This document shows, piece by piece, positions 21,187 to 33,488 of a stretch of DNA of 64,000 bases. The DNA comes from Craspedostauros australis (Eukaryota). The translations under genes were made by a program, and so were the position numbers. Under the pieces are notes generated by a model. The model saw nothing but the letters and a program-made list of their open reading frames with translations. It did no database searches and was not told the origin of the DNA. Where the stretch lies: assembly GCA_030167865.1 (NCBI GenBank), contig JALAGF010001848.1, forward strand, positions 1-64,000, written 5' to 3'. Positions within the stretch are counted from its first letter, which is position 1. The number at the start of each line of letters is the position of its first letter.

Positions 21187-24100
21187 TTACATGTTCATCT
21201 TCTCGCACTCGGCGGCGATCAGACGCGTGTTGAGACGGTCGTTCTGATCGCGCAGATCCTCGTTGTCCATGAGGAGCGTCTCAAGCTTCTTACTGAGCTG
21301 CATGATGAGCTTCGAGTCGTTGGCCTGAACGCGGTCCTTCTCCTGGGATTCCTCGACCACGCTCTCGAGGCTGCTGCGCATCTTCGTCAGCTCGTCCTCC
21401 TTGGCCTTCACATCTTCGCCGGATTGCAGCATCATGAGGAGGATGCGATCGTACGCCTCGCGTTCTCTGTTGAGCACAGTCTTGACGGCACCGAGCGGCA
21501 CCATCATCTCATCCTCATCGACGCTTGGATCGGCGTGGAGGTTCGACACGCTCACGCCTTCGTTGGTTTGCATGTCAGCGAGGACTGCACGGAGACCGGT
21601 GAGCACGTCGTTTCTTGCGGATCGGGACTTGAAGCGCAGGATGTACGATCTGGATGCAGCCATCGGCGTTGGCGTGGCAGTCAAGGTGATGAAGAGGTTG
21701 CCCTGCTTGTTCTCGCTCTTGGAGCGGCTCTTGGACTTGGAGCGGCTGGTTGCAGATGGCAGCTCAGTGTGGTCGTGGCCGGAGCAACCAGCACGCACCT
21801 CGAGGATATCTCGAAGCGAGAGCGGTTCCAGTGCCGACTTGTTGACTGCGGAAACAATTGTCAAAGAAACGCGGTTGTGTGCAAGTCATCGATCGGGTGA
21901 GAGCCAATATAGCGAAGCAGAGCATTCGTTGGAGCAATGGAGGGATGATGGGGAGCCATGGAGAGTAGAGGAAAGTACCACATGTGTGATACATGCATGC
22001 AATATGACAAGTGTGCGCAAGCGATCAACAACAGGAAACATAGTCAGTTTGTTGTTCGTCAAGAAAACAATTCACATCATGTCACTGCATGCAATCAAGT
22101 ACTCACCGCCGCGGTTGCGTCCGATGGCCTTGCTGAGGTATCCACCACGCAGGATGAAGTTGAGCACGGCCTGCACATGCAGGTCGCCGTTGCGTTGCAT
22201 CTTGATTGTAACGTGAGATGCCTTGAGTGGGAACTCAGACGGGGCGTGCTTGTCCTCGGCGGACTTGTTCATTTGCCACATAACGACATCGAAGCCGTCC
22301 TCGAGGGAGTTGATGGACTTCTTCATGCGGGCCTCCATGCGGTGTGCACCGTCGCGGAGGACCTCCTCTCGTTCCTTGCGGCTTCGCACTTCCGTCTTCC
22401 AACCAGAGGACACGACCTCCTCTTCCTTGGTCTCTCCTCCCTTGCCTCTTCGGATCTTGGGGAGGAGCTTCATGGTGAATCTTGTTGAATCCGCCTCTTC
22501 TTGCAGCGAACTCTTTGGGCTGAACGCAGATGCGATGCCCTGTGTGACGGATGCCAACACAGACGTAGGCTTGTTCTCGCCATCTGTCGCGGCAGTTTTG
22601 CTGTTAGCGTCAATGGAAATGACGACGATGTGGCCGTTGCGCAAGAAGACGCACACGCAAAAACAAACAACCAATCGCAATTGTAGTCACAGGAATGACA
22701 ATGAACCGCAATTGTAGTAGCCGAGTGAATACAATACAGTGATGGCAGTGATGATGATGATGATCACGAAGACCATGGCAAAGCCAGACGAAAGATGAAA
22801 ATGAATGCACGGATGGACGAATGTACGGAGGAACGAAAGATTGAGGAAATGAGTGAGATTTCTGCTTATTCTACGATGATGTTTCCATACCCCAAAGACC
22901 CATTCTGTGCCCCTGCGGATAAGGGTCTGACTTTGGCACTCCCCCAACGAAGGTACCACCGCGTCCGATCATTGCATCACCGAACGAGGCGTCACTCGAA
23001 CTGTTTCCCCAGCTCTCGAGTTCAGCCTCGGAGGATCGCAACGAAGCGGAGAGATGGCACAACGCGAACCAGCAGATTGCCACCACAACCATCCATGCAA
23101 TCAAAACATACAGCAACAATCTGTGATGGCAAAGACATGAGAACGGGACCACAGTAGGCATGGTGTGCGGAAGTGCTGATGGTACCGACCACCCCCGACG
23201 ATCTCCAGACCCCAAGCGCTTCTGGCGATTGGGGGTGGCCATGGAAGGTGCCAGCGCTGCCTGGAGTGAAGGAGCACAAAATGGGAAGCACAGCAGCAAA
23301 TCTCCAAGGCAACGCATGCATTGACATCTGTGTAGCGTTATGACCCGCAGCAGTGTCGGTTCCAATGCCAACATCAACAACATCACTGACAATCGTTTCT
23401 GAACATACCTGAGGGCAGCAGCCTGGTCGCCATCTGTCAAGAGCCCGGCGAGATCGCTTTCGCTCAGTTCCACACCGTTCACTTGCGCTCGGAGCTTGAT
23501 GATCTCCGCGTCGGTCTCCCGACGGGCCCGCTTCTCCGCCTTCAACTGCGATTCCAACTGGTTCACGCGCGCCTTGTGCTGCGCCAATACTTCCGGGCTG
23601 GCAAAGTTGGATGGGAGGTTCGGAAGAGAGAGCTGGCTCATAACATCGGCATCTGACGAGATGGGATGCGCCAATGATGGCCTTGATGCCGGGGATGGAT
23701 GACCCATACGTCCCGCTGCTCGTGGTGATCCAGGCGCGTCCGCACGCCTGTACTGGGCGGCTGCTTGAGCTGCCTGAGCCGCTTGCGCTGCTTGGTCCTT
23801 GGCAGTCTTCAAGTCTTCCTCCATCTTCTTGATAATGGCCTTTTCTTCGGCAAGCTTCTTTTCCAGCTCCGCCACACGCTTTTCCAACGCGTCGATCTCT
23901 GCCTGCTTGGCCTCGATTTCGGATTGGTGCAATGCATTGGAGGCTCCTTCCTTGGCCTGCGCTGCAAGCATTGCCTTGAGACTGTTCATTTCCATCTTGA
24001 GGCGTTCGTTGTTCTCCTTCAGCTTGCCAATATCCTTCTGCTCGCCGGTGAGGCTCTTGAGGACCTTCTTGGCGATGCGCACACGAATGGAACATTGCAG

Positions 24101-27100
24101 TGCGATGCTGGCAGACTTGAGCATTTGGAAATTCTTGCGAAGGCGGTACATGCGGTACAATGTCTGCAGCCTGATGCCCGCAAGGATGCGACGGGTGGTG
24201 AACCCACGGAACAATGCCTGGTACCGGACTGTCCCGCGGCGAGCCCTGTTGTACTTTCGACGATGAATTTGCATTCGGTAATGCGTCGTGAACAACAGAC
24301 CTGCCTTGGCTTTTCGCAAACGCCACCAGCTGTGAAGAATTGGACCAAAGGAATCAAATGTGCAGGCGGACGTGCACGTGCAAGTTCACAACGAACATGT
24401 CGGTTTGAAGATGATGACCAGGTTCAATAAAGAGAAAGAGCGGAAGAGGGAGATGGAATAGTGTTAGGGATCTGCATCGTCACGTCACGTCACGTCACAT
24501 CAATCGGCGTGGTGTGATGCAGTGCGCATATTGCAAGTACCGTACGAGACCACCGCCAGGATCAAGTCGAAAATGGCAGGTATGCCATTTAGAGAGTATA
24601 ACACAAGTGGCCACGACGAATGGGAGTGGTATGCACACATTGGACACACCAACTACACGCGTTTTGTAGCAAAACGCTGGCATTGCAATGTGAATGCGAT
24701 CGCGATGACAGGCTTTGTGCTGTGGACGTACCGTTCTCTGCCCCTGCAGCCACGGTACCATCGTTGGATGGTGAGCATGGCGTCGTCGATGATGAGGAAC
24801 TTCTTTCGCTGTTGCAGTCCGCGAACCCAGCACTGGATCATGGTGGCAGAAGCGTGCTGGTGGAACACTCTGTGCGCTTCGAGGGCATCGTGCGGTGGCT
24901 TTCTCATGAACACCTTGGTGAGACCGAGCTGCACATCTGTCTGTGGGAAGATCATGGCGATGGGTTGGTTTTGCATTCTGCGGATCTTCTCGGACCGAGA
25001 GATACCCGGTTCCTTCGGATCGACCTTGCCATCTGCCTTGAGCTGCTCCTGCTTCTTGCCCTCCTCGAGGCATGCGACAAGGAGAGACACACACAGAGTC
25101 TGAGCATCCTGTCCCTCCATGCTCCACGGGATCTTCTCGTCGGGGACGGAAGGGAGGAGCATGCGGTATCTCTGGAAGAACGAAGTGTGCGTCAACCGCA
25201 CAGGGTATCCAGCACGGGCAACACGCACGGCCTCCAAGACACCACCGTACCGGAGCTGTTCTGTGAGGCGCTTGCGGGTGAGCATCTTTGGCTTCGCTGC
25301 ATCGTTGGGCTTCAGACAACGGATGTAATGCGGATCCGTCTTTTCGACGCTAGCGATCAAGCTCGTCAGCTGGCTCTTGAATTGCTGTCCGACGGTCTTG
25401 GATCGGGCTGGACCCTTTGCTGGTTTGTCGCCTGGCGAGCGATCCTCCGTCTCGCGTTTCTGGATGGAGTACACGTCCTTCATCAGTTGTGATGGCGCGG
25501 TCTCGAACAAGGTCTGTGCAGCAAGGGGGATCTCGTCCTTGTTCTTCTCCATGAAGTTGGTTTCGGCTCTGTACTCCACCAGACCGGCGAAGTGACGCAC
25601 GCAGAAGAAGGCCTTCGCCTGTTGGATCTTGGTTGCATGGAAGCGTGTGTTGTCGGAGACGGACTGGTTCTTGCTGGGGAGGTACTGCTGGTACATGCGC
25701 TTCGCCCAGTTCCTGTCGCTACCTCGTGGCAGACGGCATTCATCGTCAAGCATGGACAGGATTCCGACCTTGCTCTTCTGGATGGTGTCGAGACAGTCCT
25801 GGTTATCTGGGAAGGAAATGAACGCCCATTCGATCTGTTCGCTCTCGTACTCGGCCTGTTCGAGCTTGAAGATGAACTTGTTGAACTGTTGTTGCAGTGC
25901 TTCGTTCGTGAAGTTGATACACAGCTGTTCGAAGGAGTTGATGGCGAAGCATTCGAATCCGAAAATATCCAACACTCCGACGGAGGATCGGACGTCGCCG
26001 TCGTTCTTCCAGCAGATACTCTTGTTGACCTGCTCCACGATCCAGAGAAAGAGCGCTCCGTAGATGGTCTTCGCGAGCGCATCTCTTGCGTCGTTGGCAC
26101 TCTCTGGAGTCAGCTCCTTTCGAATTTCTTCGCCACGAGTCACCATGACCTTCTCGGTGAGGGCTGTCTTCATTCCCTCCACGTCCACACCAAGCAAGGA
26201 TGCGGCGCGGTCCATGGGTCCCGTGTCCTCGATGTCGGCCGCATCCTGTCCGGAGTCACTTGGCTTCGTTTTGAAGGCGATCTCTCCGAGATGCACGATA
26301 CCGGCGATGATCGAAAGCACGGCGTCGACGAGGTCGTCGCCCCAACCAAGGGCCCGCATGGCCTTGAGTGTGTACGCCAGACCATCTTCGTCCGTGAATT
26401 CTCGCAGCTGCGGCGCGCCTCCCTGCTTTGTGTAGTAGTAGTGGTTGCAAAGTTCCACGCCGCCGGTGCTTCCCTCCATGAGGCCGAATTTCTGCTTCTG
26501 CTCTTCCGTGGCACCGCGAAGAAGCTGGTAGAAGATGTGGTAGTTGCGTTCTCCAGAGGCGTGGAAGGCGAGGCGGACCTTCTCAAGGAGGTAGGTCTGG
26601 ACCTTGGCTCCCAGCAGATGACCTGCGCGGCTGAAGCCGAGCTCGATGAATTTACCGAAACGTGAGGAGTTGTCATTTCGCAGGGTCCGGGCGTTACCGA
26701 AGGCCTCGAGGACGGGGTTGGATTGCAGGACACGCTGCATGATGGAGAGCTCTCCGCTCTCGTCCTGTTCCACACCCATACCTCCGAGCTTGGTGAGATA
26801 CGACATGACGATCTTGGTGGATTCGGTTTTTCCTGCTCCAGACTCTCCTGAAATGAGGATGGATTGAGATTTGCGCTTCTCGCTCATCATTTGACGGTAG
26901 GAACGGTCGGCGATGGCGAAGATGTGCGGGTCCAAGTCAGACTTGCCTCCTCCCATTCCCTGGGAACGGAAGAGACCCTCACTACGGTACGATTCCAAGA
27001 TTTCCTGTTGTTCGGATGGTCAAATGGAGTTGGTCACATGTGTCGGTCCATTTCGTTGGTTAGATGGTCCAATGCATGGGCATGAATCGAGTCATCGTCG

Positions 27101-27824
27101 CCATCCATGTTCATGATGGATACGAGTGGAGTGATTGAATTGGGATCCATAGAGCAGGTAAAGTGAGAATATTGATGTCTCGTGCTTGCGATGGAGGACC
27201 AATGAAGGGCGCCAAGGCGAGATACGCCATGACATTGCAAGGCACCAAACCGGAATCGATGGATGAAAGATGCCTGCATGCAATGCTGCATCCTGTATTC
27301 CGCATACTGAACGTCCAACGTTCGGTGCAGGGTGTACCAGAGCAGTGGTAGCAAGACAGACAGCGAGATTGGTGGCAAGACAGGTAGCAAAGCACGAAGG
27401 AAGGAAACGAATGACCCTGATGGCGGTCACAACAACTTACATCGGAGTACAGGGGAAGGCGCTGGAACGGATTGACGGCGATGAGCACAGGGCCAGTCCA
27501 TGTGTAGATCTTGCCGCGAAAGAAACGCTCCGCGATGGCATGCAAGATTGCCGGTTCGTGCAAGTGGGGAAGCGCGATGAGGTCATTGTCCAGACCTTCG
27601 GCTTGCTCCTGCTCGCTGAGCGGTGTGTTGGCCAGCTCGACACCCTGGAACTTCTTGACGGCGCTCTCCTCGGCCTGTTCTTCCGGAAGGCGGGTGAACA
27701 CGTTGTCCTTCTTGTTGACCTGCTGGAGTTCGAGCTTGTCGTCGCCTTTCTTCAAGACCTCCGCGAGCATCCATGCTTCGTCGCCGGTGGAGTCGGAGCA
27801 CCACACATAGGCACCCTCCTCCAT
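21187..27824 (-). CDS. Myosin heavy chain: motor, ~6 IQ motifs, coiled coil, PH-like domain, terminal coiled coil; 5 exons, ~1576 aa
   Basis: Exons 27824-27441, 27004-24732, 24329-23409, 22600-22107 and 21845-21187; all GT-AG and phase-compatible (total 4731 nt). Motifs LPHLHEPAIL, IAVNPF, GESGAGKTES, NDNSSRFGKF, LDIFGFE, HYIRCLKPN, QLRYGGVLEAVRV. IQ-like motifs IQCWVRG, IQRWYRG, YQALFRG, LQTLYRM. Confidence 0.93.
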
Positions 27825-30259
27825 GGTTTAGCCGTTGTTGTTGTTGCTGTTGCTACTGCTGCTGCTTCTGTCACTATGGCTCGGTAGGATGAGGGGTCAC
27901 TGGTGTTGTGACAAGCTTTGTCAGTGTGGCGTGGGTGAGATCCGACGCTGACAAGAGTCACGGAATCGGCACAGGTGGGATGATGTGCCGCCGCAGCTTC
28001 CGTTTGGATACGGTGGAGCAGTTTGTTGGTCAGTTGGATGGAGGTTTGGATGGATCCAGCGGCAACCGCTCGTCTATGCGCTCTGGAGAGAGAGAGAGCT
28101 GTCTCCGGAAACACTTCCAAGGGTCGTCGGGAATGAGGTCGGCGCTGCTGCGTTGAAGACCAACAACCTTGGAAGCCTGATGTGGGCGTTGGCTTTGGTC
28201 TCTGCGGCTGCGTCTGTGTTGTGATTGATGATGGAGCAACCTCGACGCAAAGATTATTTTTGGTTGTTTGGCTGTTTTTCGCTGTTGTTGTTCTTGTTGG
28301 CTTTGGCAAACAGAAGATTGCGCGGAGCGAGCGAAGTTTTCTCGTGCCACAGTGACCACACGGTCCGTGTCTCTCTCTGCCTCCCTCTTTGGTGTTCGCT
28401 GTCCTTGCCAGTTGTTTCCCTTTCTCTCTTTGGCTCTTTCGCGTTGATTCTTGTTCGATCCAGCGGAACTCACAAATGACGGTTGCGCCTCACTTTCTCG
28501 CGTGGATCCGTCCTTGTGTGTTCCAGTCCCGTTCCGTCAGAATTGATTTGCGCGGTGTCACCGTCACGGATAATAATTTCGCGACGTGTCAAGCCGACTC
28601 CCTCCAACACCTGATTCATTCGACTTGACATCCTTGCTCGTCTGGCTCGCTCAACGGGTGGAAAATAGGATTTGCATGCGACAGATGTTACACATCGACG
28701 TTAAATGGAGGTTAACAACGACAGGAAGATCTCGTTCGAGCTGCGCGATGTTGTGCTCACGCTGCGTGATGGGGCACATCAAGGTTCCTCTTGGAAGACT
28801 ACGCGAAGAGTCTGCGTGGAGTATTCTTCTCATCTCTCTCTCTCTTTGTCTCCATTCTCCACTCGCAGAGGTCGACTCTCTATTGATTGCAGCATGCCCA
28901 ATGCACTCAGTAATACCACATACCGTCTCCCATGCATGTGAGGAGAATAGAGTAGGGAAGGGTGCTTGCACAAACAGCATTCCATACTTCAATGATCTCG
29001 AACTGCGTTGCTGATCGTGAGGCGTTCCCTCCTCTCTCTCACTCTGTGCCTGTCCAACTCTTCATGGGAAGATCTGGACATGGCACCATGCGATCCTAAA
29101 AAAGCAAAGAAGTGGACTCACCAGAGTACTCCATGAAATTATTGCCACAGGATCGTCATCCCAGCAAGGCAGCTATCAACGGAGGAGATTCATGTGCGCA
29201 CGGTGCAACTGCAACGGGCGTCGGGGTTGCGATGCACCACCAACATCCGATCACACATCTCCCAAGCAGACCATACTATATGTACTATTATGTACAAATA
29301 ATCACGCATTACCTGGACATCGTCATCTGACAGGCCACAAGAAAAGACGAGACGAGACAAGACAAGACAAGAGAGCAGGAACCAAGGATAGTGCATCATT
29401 TGATGTGAGTCTTCCCAATTTTGTGAGGCGAATCATTGGCAGCAACTTCGAGAGGGTATTACGGACATGGTACTGAAACAATACCAGTATACCATATTGG
29501 TGTTCAGAGTACCTCCATCTGAGTAACCGTTGTTGAAGAAGGGACGAACGAACGGCGGGAAGAATCTGTGCCGACGTCCAAGTGCGTCCATTCGCGTGAT
29601 GGATTCGATGTGCGCACGAGAACAAGAACACTGGAGCATGACCAGGCCCACCATTTCGTGGCTGTTCGTGGGAATCCGAAGACGAAGACAGTATTGCGCG
29701 TGAGGTGATGGCGTGGTGATGGCGTGGTGATGGCACGGTGATGTGATGTGAGCAACGTCGACATCCACGACGCTGCACCACACGCACACATGGCGCCACC
29801 AGATCACCAGATCACATCCATTCAGTACAGGTACTCGTGGCGTAGAGTTGAGTGAGTATGGTGCACAGGGCCCAGTTCTCTGTCTGTACTCGTGGGTATT
29901 GGTATGTTTGAGCCACCGTTGCATTCGTACGATCACCACACAAGCACAAGTCCTCACGGAACCAACCACCGCGGACTTTTCTGCCATCCGTAACTCATAC
30001 CCTCACGCCTTCTCGTATTCTCTCGTGCCTGTTCAGACAAGCACAAGCACTCGCGCTCTTCCTCATCATTTCCTTCCTTCAGAGAGTGCCGTAGCTCGTA
30101 ATTGTGCTCCGTTACTCGAGTAGAGTGTTGCAACGACCCATCAACTTTCCATCAACCAAGCAAGGAAGCAGAAAGCAAGAAAGAGACATCAACAGCCAAG
30201 CACCGAAGTGACATCAAGACTGGCCATCGCCACATCACATCATACCACACTACACCACC

Positions 30260-32494
30260 ATGAAGATCGCAACATCGGCACTCGCGCTTGCCATCGCTCT
30301 CCCATCGGCAGCGACTGGCTTTGTCTGTCCCAATGTTGGCATCGTCTCCAGCCACCGACAGGCACAGACGTCGGTGCCAACTTCGGCGCTCCTGTCCACC
30401 CTCAAACCTTCTCCGAACACGGCCGGTCAAACGATGGGGCCTGGTGATGACGGCAACAGCGATGGCAGCGATGCCAGCAACGACAAGGACATCAACGTCC
30501 AAATCGCATCTGGAAAGGAAATGGAGGGCGGCAAGGTCATCGACTTCGAAGCCGTCAAGGCATCCTCGCAGGCGGAGGCGGCCCTGCAGAAGGCAAAGGA
30601 CGAGATACTGGCCCGCATGAAGGATGGGTCTGCGCCAACGCCAGTGGCTGCTTCCACATCAGCGCCTCCACAGATTCTCGGAATCAACGACGAGGTCATC
30701 AAGGAGGTGGGCCACGAGCTGGCCACGTTCGCAACTCAGGAGGAAGTCCAGCAGTGCGCTACCTACCTCCGATCCAAGGCGCCCCAGGGTCTCTTCGAGA
30801 AGCGGGAGCAGCAGACAGACTCCGCCACCTACACATCGGGCGAATTGGACAGGATCAACGAGGTCATCCGAAAGGCCTACCTGGAATCTGGCGAGGTCAC
30901 TGGCGCATTCGCCAAGACCTTCTATCTCGGATCCCAGACCCTGCCGGAAGCCCCCAAGGAGGCCATCTGGGCCATCTACGTCTGGTGCCGACGAACGGAT
31001 GAAATCGTCGATGCGCCCCGCGACAACGACGACGAGATGCTCTCGGACCTGGCCCAGTGGGAGATGCGGCTGGAGAATCTTTGGAAGTACGGCGACGTCG
31101 TCGACGTCTACGATCTCTGCATGCTCGATGTTCTTGTCAATTACCCCACCCTGCCAATAACACCCTTCATGGATATGGTCCGCGGCATGCTCATGGACGT
31201 CCCTGACCTCGGCCAGAGTCGATACGACAGCTTCGACGAGCTGCATCTCTACTGCTACCGCGTCGCCGGAACCGTCGGTCTCATGAGTCTCCCCGTCTTT
31301 GGCTGCGCACAAGGTTACAACGAGGATATCGCACGGTACGTGTCGTCTCATCTTCATCTTCATGCGCTGCACTTGCGTTGAACTTGTGTTCAAGTTGCGG
31401 CATTTCAGTGAACTCATCGTTGGGACCAGCATCCAGCTCAGTCATGATGATGATGTTACCATTGCCACTGCTGCTGTCTTGTGTCCATCCAGGCTCAAAG
31501 CAAGCCCATGGTTCCACTGTCATCTCACACCAATGTATTGTCCTCCATTCCCTTCTCGCTTCTCTGGATTCACTGTCTCATCGGTTTTCACTGATGTTGG
31601 TTGGAACGACATCGATTGGCTTCGGCATTGGCATTCGTGTCGTTGTCTTCCTTCGAATTGGCAACGACCGGCCTACCCGCCCCGATCTTCCTGCCTTCCG
31701 TCATTATTCGAAACATGACGGTCATGTGCCGCTCGTCTCCATCAAACCACATGCGCACATTCAAACATGGACGCCTGACGCGGGATATCCTCAATCTTGA
31801 CGATACTTGATCTCATCGTGGCCATCATGGCAATGCCGACGGCGCGGCATCCATAACGTAAACAACAAACGATGTGTGGGCAACCCCTCTTGTTTTTGCT
31901 TTGCTCGGATGCAACCGCTGCACATCACATCTCTCTGGACTCGCCAACTTTTCTGGGTCTTTTCGTTCATCAATTCTGGCCCGCACGTCTGCGCGACATT
32001 GGAACCACTCCCCAACCGCAACTCCTTGATGATCCGACAGTGAGCCAGCTCTCTCGCTGGGCGTTGCCTTCCAGCTCACCAACATCCTGCGCGACGTCGG
32101 TGAGGATGCTGTTCAGAGAGGGCGGGTGTACTTACCGTACGACGACATGGCAAAATTCGGCGTCACAGAAGAACAAATACTTGCCCAAAAGCTGGATCAG
32201 AATTACGTGGACATGATGAAGTACCAGATCGACAGAGCGAGGATGTACTACCGAAGAGCACGGCGAGGTGTCTTCATGCTCGCCCCCGAGAGCCGCCTTC
32301 CCGTCCAGCTGTCGTTGGATGCGTACGGCGCCATCCTGGACAAGATCGAGGCCAACGGCTACGACACTCTCACCACGAGAGCGTACGTCGGCAAGTGGGA
32401 GAAGATCAGCAAGATCCCATTCTCATGGTACCGTACCTTGGACATCTCCAAGACCGTTCCATTCCCAGGTGACGAGCCCGTCGTTGACGAATAG
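30260..32494 (+). CDS. PSY: Phytoene synthase, plastid-targeted; 2 exons, ~509 aa
   Basis: Exons 30260-31335 and 32041-32494 (GTACGT...CAG). Motifs FAKTFYLG, WAIYVWCRRTDEIVD, YCYRVAGTVGLM, LGVAFQLTNILRDVGEDA..RGRVYLP, RAYVGK. Signal peptide ends ...SAATG followed by Phe (G|FVCP), an ASAFAP-type cleavage site. Confidence 0.97.
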
Positions 32495-33488
32495 ACAAAG
32501 ACTGGTGTTGTGCTGGACTCCAGCGCGGCGAGACAGACGACGATGGCAAAAAGAGCGGATCACAAAGTAACGCATCCCAGAACATTTTACCTACACTCTG
32601 CGTGCTTGTGAATTCGTGCAGAATAGCAGCAGTTGTTGACGAGCTTACCAGAGAAATGCACTCAGCTTCGCTCGGCATGGTGGAGCATTTGCATCGTATT
32701 ACATTATACTCGTACTCTACACACGCTGACGTACGAGCATAATACCATGCAATGCTCCACCTTTCCGAGGTCTGCCTCTTTGTGATTCCATTGTTGACAA
32801 CCGAAGCAACCGCAAGCAACAGCGAATGGAGAATCCCTTCCGATAGCCCTGCGTCGATCGTATTGTGGAGTGCAGCCACGACTTTACGGCCGCCACTGCT
32901 GTCGCTGTTGCTGCCATTGGTACTTCCACGAGTACTCGTACAATGAGCTTGCCAAATCATCATCCTCCCTTCGCACAAAATGCAGTTTTGAATAATACTA
33001 TTGCACTTCTTGCTGAAATAAATAAGCAAGCGACGTTGCACAAGGGCGTGCGACACACTCCACGAACACTCACCACTTAGACGGTAATTGCATGCTGGCA
33101 AAGGAGATGGCATGGCATGACATTGCATAACATGACGAGTATCATATTGATAATAAGTGCTATTTTGCCATTCTCTCTCTCCGAGCAGAAAGACCCAGAT
33201 CACTGAAAATAGGTTGCGTGAATCTGGATTGATTTCCTGTGTGTGATTTCGGAGAAAAGAGTGTTCGTACTTGTATGTACTCCCGCAGTGCGTCCTCTCG
33301 TGATGCTGTGTCAAGAGTTCGACCTGTGGCTGTCGTCTTCGCTGTGCTCCATGTATGGCTTGTTCTCACCAAGTGATATCCAGGAATATGGCAGGGACAC
33401 GAACCATTGGATACCGCAGCCATGCGGAAATTGACTGTTCTGCCATACTCGTACCAATGTATACCATCGAGCACTTCGCTTCATCCTC

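Noticed and set aside
22871-23408. Myosin exon 3 frame stays open for ~180 codons into intron 3 (possible alternative C-terminus)
   Set aside because: The read-through is Cys/Trp/Leu-rich and not protein-like. A good GTATGT donor at 23408 splices in phase to exon 4.
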